In this document: in pieces, positions 50,290 through 62,244 of the stretch | How the letters are laid out: every line of letters begins with the position of its first letter | How positions within the stretch are numbered: the first letter of the stretch is position 1 | Assembly (NCBI RefSeq): GCF_001194135.2 | Contig: NC_068983.1 | Coordinates: 143,222,394-143,286,393 of the forward strand | Direction of reading: 5' to 3' | Origin: Octopus bimaculoides | Lineage: Eukaryota | Length of the DNA stretch: 64,000 nucleotides | The notes under the pieces: model-generated | The model's database searches: none | Seen by the model: the letters and a program-made list of their open reading frames with translations, nothing else | Told to the model about the DNA's origin: nothing | Made by a program: the position numbers and the translations under genes

Positions 50290-51284
50290 CTGTAAAAGAT
50301 GACTTATGTGAATGAAATGTGTTGAGTTTATAGAGATTATTAATTGTATTTTAGTTTACCAGAAGATTGAGACTCCTGGTTGAGTTGATGGGGGTATTGA
50401 ACTGCTGGTGGATTTATATTCATTCAATTGACAAAGCCCCACTAACATTATTTAACAAAACAGTGGTGGAACCTTCATATAGCCATTCAAACTTACTAAG
50501 ATAGGGAATCACAAGGGTTTTAGACAGAGACTGCAAATGTTGCTTAGTCTGAGGTCATGAGAGGTTTGAGTGGAAAAAATTTCAGAATGTTCTCAAAGAA
50601 TGCTAGAACAAATATATTCTGAAGAACAAAATATCATAATGAATAATATCTAAGGAGCATTCCATAAAAAGAAAGAAAAAGCTAGAGAGAAACCAATGAA
50701 GATGGTTAATATCTCTTGCGATAAATACCTCTTGGAAATTAATTTCTCAATGGACTCCGTATCCTAAATATTTGAGTGTCAGCCTTCATACCTATTTCCC
50801 TTTAATAATGATACTTCTAGTACAGTAAACCTATGGGTAGGGGTCATATTCACCAAAGGACAGAAACAATTATTGCAAGGTCAATCCAACTATGCCCATA
50901 GTAAATGTGGCAGATTTCACCATATGTCAGCTTCTTATACAAATGATACAAGAGAGATTCTCATCAAAATTTATATCTGAATCTAATAATTCCCAAATTC
51001 TAAAGATCCACCAAGCTGGCACTCAACTTAACCTTCCAGAGCTTTAAGTGGATGAGAAGTAAACATTACTCTGATAGAACATTGGCCCATAAAAGTAAAC
51101 TTTTTACCAGAGTAAAAAAACAAAGTTATGGACATTGATATTCATAGCTAGATCACAGCAGCTCCGAGCAGAGACCTATGGAGGAGAGTAATCTACTCTT
51201 GAGCCTATACATATGCATAGTCATTAAGGGCCAGTCTATGATGATGATATAACACAACAATCAATTAATTAGCCACATGAAAGG

Positions 51285-52341
51285 CAGTTCAGAATTGTGG
51301 CAAATCAGGGTACCACCAACGTTCTCTTCCTACAAAGACAACACCATGCTCTGTAATCTGGGTCACTAAGAAAAGTAGGGGTAGAGAAATTGCCTGAGAA
51401 CTGTGCCAGTTATGTACAGGAATGTCAGCAAAGAACTTAGTGTGATAGTAGGTATCCATCAGGGTTCAAATCTCAGTGCCTTCTAGTTCATTATAGCCAC
51501 CCACACCATAACAGGATTTTAAAACCATCTGTGTTAATTTGTGTATGCTGATGACCCAGTTCTCCAGGTCGAGTCTGTTGAAGGATTCAAAAAGAAATTC
51601 CAAACATGAATACAAAGTATAGAATCAATAGATTTTAATATAAACCTTGTCAAGACAAAACTTTTATTTTGTAGTAAAGACAGAACTTTGCTGCTCTATG
51701 AGAAGTGGCTTGATATGCTGAAAAGAAGTTGGTAAGTATTCCATTTGGTGTACACAATGTAAACACAAAGATACAGAAAGATCACAACTAGACTGTGAAA
51801 GGACTTTACATGTAGCAGGTGCTGAATTGTACTTAGTAGTAAGAGCACCCATAAAACTCATTCTTTCAAATGCCTGGAAAGCTTTCCACTAAATTCTTTC
51901 TCAGTGAATGAAGAGCAGATTGCATGATGCTAGTGTATGAAGTGCAGCATTGCAGGAATGCAAAGGATGTGCATAGGCTGATAAAAAGAAAATGAGGCAA
52001 GCATGCTCTGCTGGTTATGTAATATTAGTGTGCATAAACAACAGGGCTCAAATGAGTTGAGACAAAACCTGGATATAAGACCAATTGACTGTAGTGTGCA
52101 AGAAGGGATAATGTGCCAGTATGGACACGTGATTGTTTTCAGGATGACAGTTATGCAATTCAAGTAGAAGGAACCTGTGGAAGAGAAGGATCTGGGAAGA
52201 CATGGTGAAGACTGATCTCAGGTTGGTGAACCTCACAAAAGCAATAAGGAGCTGCAACAACTGGCGAGATGCTGTGCTAAAGAAGATTTGTCCAATCCAT
52301 GCCAGCATGGAAAATGGATGTAAAATGATGATGATGATGAT
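51285..52341 (+). pseudogene. 5'-truncated RTE-clade LINE (reverse transcriptase pseudogene) with (GAT)n tail
   Basis: Motifs in order: 'QFRIVANQGTTNVLFL' (51285-51332), 'SVIW..LRKVGVE', 'VGIHQGSNLS' (51448-51477), 'VYADD' (51541-51555), 'YGHV' (52120-52131), 'VEGTCGR..KTW', then the 3' tail ccatgccagcatggaaaatggatg(t)aaaatgatgatg. Many stops and frameshifts. Confidence 0.9.
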
Positions 52342-55300
52342 TAACAACTCAGTACTGCATAACAATTATCAATTTTGCAGCAGTGAAATCTAGTACACAT
52401 GGGCTATACTTAGTGTTAATTTGGCAAGCTCACATGGAGTCTAGTTAGAGCTAGTTATATTTGGCTATTGGCCACAGGCAATACAATGGTAATAGCAAGA
52501 GGGTTTGGAACTTTTAGATGTCACTCAACTTGAGAGAAATAGCAAGCGAATTTTCCATAAATCATATCCTATTGTCAGCTAAGAAAAGAGTCTACGTTTT
52601 AGCTGATGATGACACCCAGTCTTTTAACCCAGTACAAACAGCAACACGGTCTCCCATAAATTACCCTTGACCTTAGATAGGGAACAAAAGAATGTAAAAT
52701 AGTTTTTAAGAAACATATAAAAAGAACACAATATATTATTTAATACTAATAAGGATAAACTAATACCAGAAGACTTGAGTTCTACATATTGTTCAGTCTG
52801 CTATATATTTACTTGTCAAAAGATTTTAATTTTCTATTTAATATCATACATTTTATAAAAGTTTAAAAAGAAGAAAACAAATCCCTAAACACACCCAAAT
52901 TCTTCAAAAGAAATGAAAGAGAAAATAAATTAGTTCAAGATATCAAATATTTCATTTAGTACGGAATAGCTAATGTAACAAACTTGTATTTCATTACAGT
53001 ATTTTAGTATAATGAAGCATTTACATTTAAATACTATATTTTTTTTTATGCAAACACAACCTCAATTTCATTATTATTGTTGTACCCATAAGACATTAAA
53101 TCATTGATGTGTACTATGTTTTGAAAGGGTGGATTAAGTCAAGTCTTTTAGAAATCTAAAACACATGTTTGTGTTGCAGATTTATTTTGATATTATTGGA
53201 GATCATATTTACTGAAACTGATGAAAATAAATTAGATTATATTGAGGAGAAAAGAATTTGAAAGGCATGATGTATTTGCTTTTGAATAAAACTGATTTAG
53301 ATGAAAAATCAGTTGTCTGTGTGGAAATATTTTTATATTGTAACTCAAAAGTAGGGCGACACATTCAGTCTCAATTACTTAGATTGTGGACTTAGTTTGG
53401 ACAAAATATTTGACTAACCTTGATTGATATTTATTAGCTGAGATAATAGGGAGTCAGACTACTAGTCTTAATTTGTATTTCATCAAGATACTACACTTTC
53501 ATTAGCTCAGCTGTAAACAGGCACCATATATAGAAACAGGTAAGTTTTTAGATCTATTGTATAATTAATGAGTATTATATTAGTTTGTAAAATTTACAAC
53601 ATACTTTCATTGTGTTTAGAAGTGAAGATATCTCATTTGTTCATATGGAATAAGCACCAGTGCACTGTGACACATTCAGGTAATAGCAATAAAAAATAAA
53701 GAACCAAATAAACAAATTGCTGGGACAAGCAGCAGATTACCATTATTTAGTCTATCTTTGATTCTTAATTCAAATCTAAAGTTTATGGTCAATAAAATAA
53801 GTACTGACTATATACAGGAGTCAATTCAACAGACTGTAGAAATCAATAATATAAGTTGACCAAAATTACTATAAAATGATTAATAATCAATAAACTATAC
53901 ATGTTCTTTAATACTGTCATAATCTTCTGGTTTGCTATATGATAACCATTATTTTATAGAAACCAAACAAACAGCAAAAAGTGAGTAAGTGTAAATACAT
54001 TTATATATTGCCCAATTCATTATTTATTTATTTTGTGTGTCAAACTAACAAAACATTTTATATTTTACTTGAGGAATCATTATTTCATTTCAAGTATCCA
54101 GCACTGTTCTAGTTAGATTTTGATTATTTTTGTACCTTATTAATTCAAACATTTAAATCTCACTAAATCTTCTGTGGGAGGTATTTTGGTAAATGCTTAC
54201 TCTTACTTAATCCATCCTAAACTCTTTTGAACAGTCAGTGAAAGCAGCAAACACACGAGGTATATTAGTTTCTTGCAAGAAAAAGAAATATCCATTCTTT
54301 TGGCAGATCCATTTCTTGAAGAATGAGAGAATATGACTCAATAATTTTAATTGCTGCCTTCTTAAGCTCTCTTAATCTCTGCTAAACAGCTCTGACCAAA
54401 AGGTTAAATGTTTCACCTCACAGAACACTTTTTATTTCATTTTGTTTTTATTGACTCTTCTAATGCAAACCACCTTTGATCTCCTAAAATTCTAGTAATT
54501 ATATTTGATTATCTTCAGCCCATTATTGATTCCAACAGAATTTTATGATATCATTCAGCTACAGTTAATGATGGGTAATAAAGGTGAAGACCAAAAACAT
54601 CGATAAATAACCAGTTATGTTGATTAGAATATATTAGAATTACTAGGTTTAGAGTTTAAAGACTGTTTAAATGTAAGAAGGGTTTTGAAAAGATGTGGAA
54701 TTTGAATGGACGAATATGTGTTATATATAACTAAAGCTGTCCAGTCAAAACAATATAATGGGAAGGCTTATAACAAGAGAATATGGTGAAGTTTAGAGAG
54801 AGGATTTAAGAGTTTAGAATCTAATAATACTAATACCTGACAAACTCTCAAAAGAAAAGTTTTAACTGAAAAGTGGTGATAAATTATAGATTCATAAAAC
54901 ATTCAATATTGTTGCTAAATAGATCTAATATAAATACATTTTCAAGGACTTTAGAATTATTCAAGAAAATGTGCTTCTCCAAGAGATTACATATAGGGTG
55001 GATGTAGTGAATATAGTGGGTGGCAGCCTGGCTGATAAAATAATACACTCCACTCTAATTATACATTACATCCAGAGGCAACTCCAAGTCATCTGCGTCT
55101 CTCAGGCTCAGCACAGATTTTGCATAAGACATGTATAAAAGAAAGTAAGAGACCTAATGCACACCACAGACTTATACGTGCACTGATAATTTAACAATAA
55201 GATAAAAATATAGTTTTAGTATATCTTTCTCCATTTCTAAGTTAAGGGTAAAATTAAAACAACCTAGCAAAACACAATGATCTTTACACACAGATGTACA

Positions 55301-55406
55301 GAATGACAGCAAGCAGATAACGACAGTGGAATGCACAACAAACATCAGCAATCTGACTGTCACCTGTACTCTTGACAAAAGATGCCAGTTAGTCTTTTAC
55401 ACCTAC

Positions 55407-55843
55407 CACGCTCGTTTGTACTAGCCTGAGTTGCTGTATAATTTTTCATTCCTTTAAGAATATTGTAGGATGGAAACATTTCATAGATTGGAATTTAAAT
55501 CCTAATCTCTATAGAAATTTGTTTCAAGAAAACATTGAATTTAAATTACTTTTAATTTTTACAATTATAGATAACTCAGGCTGTAACTTCCGAGTCTGAG
55601 TTAGGCGTGAATGAACGCTGTCGAGAGACCGTCTGCTATGAATGATATTTTTTGACACAGGACACCTCTAAGGTGACCACCAGACGCTGAATGAAAATAA
55701 ATGAACTGCAGCCAGGCTCAATAAAAGGAGTCCAAGTTACTGGCTGCAATTACATACTTGATGTCAGTGTTGACAGAAATTGAATCAGCTTGCAAATACA
55801 CGTTCATGTAACAGAGTCTAAAGAAACTGGTGATAAGCTTCAT
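55407..55843 (-). other. CpG-enriched non-repetitive island with candidate short exons (55758-55843; 55407-55433)
   Basis: About 9 CpGs in 55400-55810 against a CpG-poor background. attacag|ATGAAG..ATCAA|gtatgt (86 nt, one open frame); tatacag|CAACTC..GCGTG|gtaggt (27 nt, phase 1-1). Coding status unresolved. Confidence 0.35.
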
Positions 55844-56949
55844 CTGTAATAATATATATAATAGTCAACTCCTTTGGAGAAAAATCATAAGCATAAGTAT
55901 TAAGAAAATTTTCAGAATAAATAGGGAAACATCCTGTCAAATATTACAGACAATTTAAATGGAGGAGAGGGTTCAGGAATATTTATCCAGAGTAAACTAA
56001 AATCTATTTAATAAAAAAACGAGATAGTGATAATTATTTAGGCATTTTGATCAACTTTGTTTAGGTAAGGGTGAAGTTTAGGGTATTAATTCAGAAAGAT
56101 AGGTTTAGGTAAGGGGGGAAAAAACTGCTGATTGGGTGGAAAGAAACTTGTACACCTGACTGAACTTCCTAGATACAGGTAATTTCACCACAAATTTCTT
56201 ATGGATTTTCTTGAACATAAAACAGGTAGAATATTTGAGCTGGGTAGGGCTGATTTAAATGCTAAATGATTAAAGAATGAACCTGCTGTCAATAGCAATA
56301 AAGTCCCTACATCCACATGGTACAGTTTCCAGCAAAGTGGGCCAAGCCATTCAAAATTATATGTCAAGTACTCAGTACCATGAGATACAAAGCCATACTA
56401 TTTGAATCAGCAGCTACAATAGTAATAATTTATGTAGTTGCAGCTATCAGATAAATAGAGAATGGTTGAGAGGAATTAAATGTATAAAAGACAATACAGC
56501 TAAGTATATTTTGGAGGTTGTTAGTTTAGCTTTGTGACTTCATTTCCTGCTTATGATAAAGCTGTGGATTGAAAAAACTATTTACAAGATTTGGGAAATA
56601 AGGATTTAATAACAATTTAATAATGAGTTCATAGAAAAAAAAGCAATAATAATGATTTCTTAATGACACAGTCAAACAATGTGCAGTTGACAGAAATTAC
56701 CCTAGTATATACCCAAAATTGGAAAGCTGAAGGTAAAGTTGACAATAGTAGAATTGAATTCAGAACATAGACAAAATGGAATATTAAATGATTTGTTTCT
56801 TAGTCCACCACACTACACTTCCATTGCTAAAACGATCATCCTAAACATTCTACATTGTCTAAGTCCGAATTTCAAACTCAGCAAATTCTGTTTATTCATA
56901 ACTAGTATTTCAAAATGGCATAATTTAAAATATATTTAACATATATTTA

Positions 56950-57090
56950 ACATCATCATCATCACAACCACTGTTTTTACAACCACTTTTTTCATGCTGG
57001 CATGGGTTGGATAAGACTTGCTGAGGCAGTATTTTGCAGCTGGGTGTCCTTCTTGATGCCAAAACCTCTTAAAGCCTTTACCACTTTGCA
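56950..57090 (-). mobile_element. RTE-type tail fragment
   Basis: '(cat)n..ttcatgctggcatgggttgg..gctgggtgtccttctt'. Confidence 0.7.
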
Positions 57091-57214
57091 AGCAAAGCAG
57101 ATCTTATATGAATTTAAATTTACTGATAAAGATGAAAGATAAGGGTGTGATTAAAGAAACATTTTAGAATAAAACAAATAAACAATCGAATCAATGAAAG
57201 GAACTCTGCATAGT

Positions 57215-57515
57215 TACTTGACCTGCTAAAAATAGCAGCCAAATCACCCTCAAATCAAACCCATTTTAAAAGAGGGATCAAAACATTGGATAATGTTATC
57301 CTTGACACTGTACATTTAAGGACAAAAAAAAAAAAAACAGAGTGGATGATAGTCAAGGCTGTAAAGGCTTTCACCATACATCTGCTCAAATATATTGGAT
57401 AATGTAGTCCTAGATACACTGTGTGGAGGAAAAAAAAAGAGAGTCACAGCTGGAAGGCCTTTCATCAAAAGTATGCCTGATCAAGGCTGACCTGGGGCTA
57501 AATGACAACAGCTAA
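57215..57515. mobile_element. 'ttggctgctatttcta' family, internally duplicated or two nested copies
   Basis: 'aaatagcagccaaatc' is followed by two copies of 'attggataatgt(t/a)(a/g)tcct(t/a)ga' and ends 'ggctgacctggggctaaa'. Confidence 0.7.
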
Positions 57516-58332
57516 ACAAATAAGTTACAAGCAAATATACACAAATGCATACATCTGAACAAGATTAAGGTGAGACAAGACTTGTGTAGCATCCAGATTT
57601 CTTAAGATGAAATACAAACCTTGCTTTAGACATCAATAATTTCACAGTAATCAACCTAGAGTGATATTTAAATGTAGTGATTTTACAGTGATCAAATTGC
57701 AGAGGTATTTGATAAAAATCTAAAGCTTTTTCATTCAACAAAATGCTGAAAGAATAATTTAAAAAAAAAAAAAAAAACATCGAACAGATTTTCAATAAGA
57801 ATTTTAAAAATCTAACCATAAGAAAATGTCAAATTACCCATTAGAGATTATGTGTGCATAATTTCATTTAAAAATAAATATATATGCTGTTGTAAACAAT
57901 TAATTACCAAATATTATTTAAAATACAAACAGCTGAAAAAAAAAATGGGAATAAAATTAAATCTGGAAAATAATGATAAAGAAAAACACTTGAATATATA
58001 GATAAGATTTTTCCTTTTGGGCAAAATATGTAAAGTAAATTTGTTTCCTAAAGGAGAATTTAGTTCTATCAATGGAGTATTGGAATTGACATTTAAACAA
58101 CTAATACTGCAAATATAGGATATGGCTGCAATAAAAATCAATTAACTATCTTTGCAACTGAAAACAAAGCAAACAAACAAACTAGATAAACAACAGGACT
58201 GCATAAGTGTGCAAATGTATACATTCCTATACACATGCAAATAAACAGGAAACACATACAACCAAAAGCTTTCACAAATGTGTGTCCATGTGTATGTATG
58301 CATGTATGTTTACAGTTTGTATGCAATAGGTA

Positions 58333-58700
58333 TAGGTGCAGCTGTGTGGTAAGTTTGCTTCCCAGCCACACAGTTCTGGGTTCAGTCCCACTGCTTAACA
58401 CCTTGGGCAAGTGTCTTCTACTATAGCCTCGGGGCAACTAAAGTCTTGTGAGTGGATCTGGTAAATGGAAACTGAAAAGAAGCCCATAGTATAAATGTGT
58501 GTGTCTTCGTCCCCCACTACTGGTTGGCAACTATGGTGTTGTGTTTATGTCCCTGTAACCTAGCAGTTCAGCAAAAGAGACTGATAGAATAAGTACTATG
58601 CTTCAAAAAAATAAGTACTGGGGTCGATCCATTCAACTAAAAATACTTCAAGGTGGTGCCCCAGCATGGCCACAGTCTAATGACTGAAACAAGTAAAAGA
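58333..58700 (+). mobile_element. tRNA-derived SINE, full length
   Basis: A-box-like 'gctgtgtggt', B-box-like 'gggttcagtccc', body 'gatagaataagtac..ggggtcgat', tail 'aatgactgaaacaagtaaaaga'. Confidence 0.9.
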
Positions 58701-58777
58701 TGTGTGTGCACGTAAATATGCATTCAATGGACAGCCATGAGTGAAGTAAGACACGTATGTGTGTGCGTGCATATATA

Positions 58778-58822
<45 letters not shown>

Positions 58823-59059
58823 GTGTGTGTGCGATCATCTGTTTTCCATGCTTACACACACACACATTTCTATCTTAATAGAAGTGTTACAAAGCTGTGT
58901 TGCAACTGGTTATTAAAGTAGTAGCTCAACCAATCAAGTGTAGATGTTATATACCTGAACGCTGCAAAGCTTTTTAATACATTTGATCACAGGATAATAT
59001 ATCACAAGCTTCATGATCACAGCATAGTTAGAAAACCAGGAGTGATTGTATGACTTTAA

Positions 59060-59290
59060 TGGACACAAATCAAGATATTGGCCAAGGACACCATTTCAAA
59101 AGAGTTAATTTTGAACAGAGTGCTGCAGGGTACTATTTTTTTGGCTAATACAATTTGAAATAGCTCTCTCAGACATTACCAGTTATTATACTTTGTTATT
59201 GCTAGTTATGTTGATACCAAAATATCAAAGGCAATCAAGAGACCCAATGATATCAAAAATATAGGGGAAGATCACAATGCCATTTGAAGG
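59060..59290 (+). mobile_element. LINE reverse-transcriptase remnant (non-RTE, CR1/L2-like group)
   Basis: 'RVLQGTI' (59117-59137; cf. GVPQGT), 'IALSDI' and 'SYVDTKISKAI' (cf. SYADDTKI) in order, with frameshifts. Confidence 0.5.
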
Positions 59291-60059
59291 TACTGGTATC
59301 AAACTTTAGGAATTTGCAGAGTTTTGTCTTATAAACCATGCAGTGCTAAATGTGTTAACCTATCTCTCTGGGTTTGTTATTAGTTGCTTACAGTTTAAAA
59401 ACCATCACAGCTCTTCAAGATCCTCTCAGAAAATGTAAAAGAAATGTATAAACATACACAAATGCATACACATGCATAAACCCAGCAAAATGTCATCAAT
59501 AGCAATAATGTGAAACAACATGTATGAACAATCTATAAAGTCTAAAAATGACTGCTGCACACTGAAATATTACATGAAAGAGACAAAGAATTAACAGTAT
59601 CAACAATATTAATAATAATCGCAACAAAGAAATACAAGAGCATTTTGCTGACAAGCTGGAAATAATGAAAGTAGGTATGTCTTGACTACAATTACAAGGA
59701 CCAAGAAAATTCAGGCAAATCATAGCTGCATATAACTGAAGATGTCTTCATAGCAAAAGCAAATATGGGTTATTATAAACAGTATTCATGCTTTTATTAT
59801 CTGTTTAAGATGAAATCAAGGTTTTTTTTTTTTGCTAAATGTTTTAGAACTTGAAATATTTAATGTATGTATTACATGTTATTCTTTTACTGGCTTCAAC
59901 TATTCAGTAATGATCATGCTCGAGCACCATAACATTTGAATTACTTATAATTATAAAATTAACTATTTTTATGTAACATGTATAGAGAAAGCTACTGATT
60001 TTTAAAACTTTTTTGTAGAAAAGTATGTGTTTGAATACATGGTTGTAGGAGAAGTATGT

Positions 60060-60420
60060 GAGGTGAGTAGTGTGTGTAGACATAGTTAATGAACTCTTTG
60101 TGATTTTAAAGTTCTGGGTTTGAGCTCACTGTATGTATTTTAGAAAAGTTGCCCCTATGAGTAATATTTGATTGGCAGAAACTCTGTGAAGCCTGACAGG
60201 TGGACTGTGCCTGTAATTTGAAGGCCTGGTCTCATCGCACACCGTCATGCTGATTTTGCTTGTTTCTTGAACACTCAGCCACTAATTCTATAAAACAAAT
60301 GAGTAAATAGTTCTGTTGATCAAGCAACTGAAATACTTATCAAAACAAGAGTTTGCGTGTATGTTTACTAAGGGCTTCAGACCCATACCTTACGTTTCAA
60401 ACATGTCATACATAGGCAAC
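60060..60420 (+). mobile_element. Degenerate SINE-like repeat
   Basis: Weak head 'gttctgggtttgagctcactg' plus body 'cactcagccac..gttgatcaagcaactgaaatac'. Confidence 0.4.
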
Positions 60421-61695
60421 TGTAAAATTCAGCAGAAACTCGACAATCAATAGTCCATCAAATATTTAAATCCATTCTAATATGAACAAAATTCTATCAG
60501 GTCCTAGATACTGAATTTAAGCCCTAGTTACCACAATACACATACAAAGATATTTTGCATAAAAGTGTAAAATCCTGTGTTAGCTGATTCTTACTCATTA
60601 AAGTAAAAAAGAAAACAAATTTTAAATGAAATATTAAAATATTAATTAGAAATAACATCATTATACTATCTCCTTGGTAGTCATGCGATCACAAATTCTA
60701 TAGAAATTCTATACTTTTTTAATTTCTCCCCCATCACCCAAATTTTGAAGGTGATACTCCAGAATGGCCTTGGCTGTAGTGGCTACAACATACTAAAAGT
60801 AAAATCTTAATGTCAAAAATCCAGGTGGCAGGGCACTAAAAAGCAACTACATATGATATCTAGTCGTAATAAAACAATTTTAGTTTGGTTCGAATATTAA
60901 TTATTGAACGAGTTATTAACCTAAGATTGTTTTCAGACTACATTTCTATATATTTGATAAAAACATGGACACTGGGATAACAGAATTAAAGAGAAAGAAA
61001 AAACAATGCATAACAAGTGTAGCTTATTCCTTCTTAAATCTTATCTATCCAAAGTCCATTTGGCATTTAATTTGATGTACAGAAATAGATTTTCGTTAAT
61101 ATTGAAAATAAAGAACATTTGTTAATTCCTTGGAAATACAGTGTGTGTGTGTGTGTGTGTGTGTGTGCATATTGCTAGAAGTACAATAATAATAAATTAT
61201 AACAATACTGATTAACAGGCATTTTAATAATTTTCAGAACACGATAAATGGAAAAACACAAACAAAAGTTGGCAGTCAAACAGGCAACAGACAATGTAAC
61301 AAATGATAGCAATAGGTATATGCATACACACACACACACACACACACACATACACACACACATACACACACACACACACACACACGCATGTCTCAATAAA
61401 TGTACAAATGAAAGAAAATGTGCTTAATATGTTTATTTATATTAATTTTGACCCAGAATCACATTGCTTAAATCTTCAAAGGAATGGAAAAACATTATCA
61501 TTAATGGTGAGTGGGGCTTTTCTTCATTTGCTTTCCAACTCTAAATGCAGCTGATTAATCTTTCTAACAACAAATCCCACTGCTTTCCTTAACATGAAAT
61601 CTGAACTGTCATTTTACTGCCAAGAATGAGACTAATACTATTCCATAAACTTTTATCAACACTTACTTAAACTTTATTGAAACCTAATACTAGAC

Positions 61696-61853
61696 CAGTT
61701 GTTCCCAACCCTTTTATTTAAATGAGTTTTCCCAAGGACCCCTTTTAATATGCTTATCCTTTTGTGCATGTATGTGTATATATATATATATATATATATA
61801 ATGTAAGCACACACACACATATACCACCAGGGGTCCCAGGTGGGGAACCCCTG
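61696..61853. mobile_element. hAT-superfamily MITE (Charlie/Buster-like ends), 158 bp
   Basis: Perfect 8-bp TSD TACTAGAC at 61688-61695 and 61854-61861. 15-bp TIRs CAGTTGTTCCCAACC and (reverse complement) CAGGGGTTCCCCACC. Confidence 0.92.
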
Positions 61854-62146
61854 TACTAGACCCTCTAAATAGAAAAAGGGAAACTACACTAAGCCGAAAT
61901 TACCAATTCCACTATCAGTCAGAAGTAGCTGGTAGACACCAATTCTACCACATTATCCAACCCAACTAAAAAAGATGGTACACATCATCATCCAATTAGA
62001 ATCAACCTTGTTTAGAAGCTATCAAAGTCTGCCACTCAGAATCAAGTATTTGAATGATCAGGGTTATTGGTTTTATTTCTGTGAAACTTTAAGTAATGCA
62101 ATTCTGAGTAAAATGTTAATACAAATATACACATATACGTATTTAG

Positions 62147-62177
62147 ACATATCCATGCATGCATATATATACATTTG

Positions 62178-62222
<45 letters not shown>

Positions 62223-62244
62223 GAGATACATATCCATGCATGCA
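62147..62244. repeat. (GATA)n tetranucleotide repeat flanked by a 17-bp direct repeat
   Basis: acatatccatgcatgca at 62147-62163 and 62228-62244; (GATA)n at about 62178-62222. Confidence 0.9.

Noticed and set aside
58333-58410. tRNA genes at SINE heads (also 13667, 35635, 3300)
   Set aside because: A/B-box-like motifs are present, but there is no clean cloverleaf and each continues into a SINE body.
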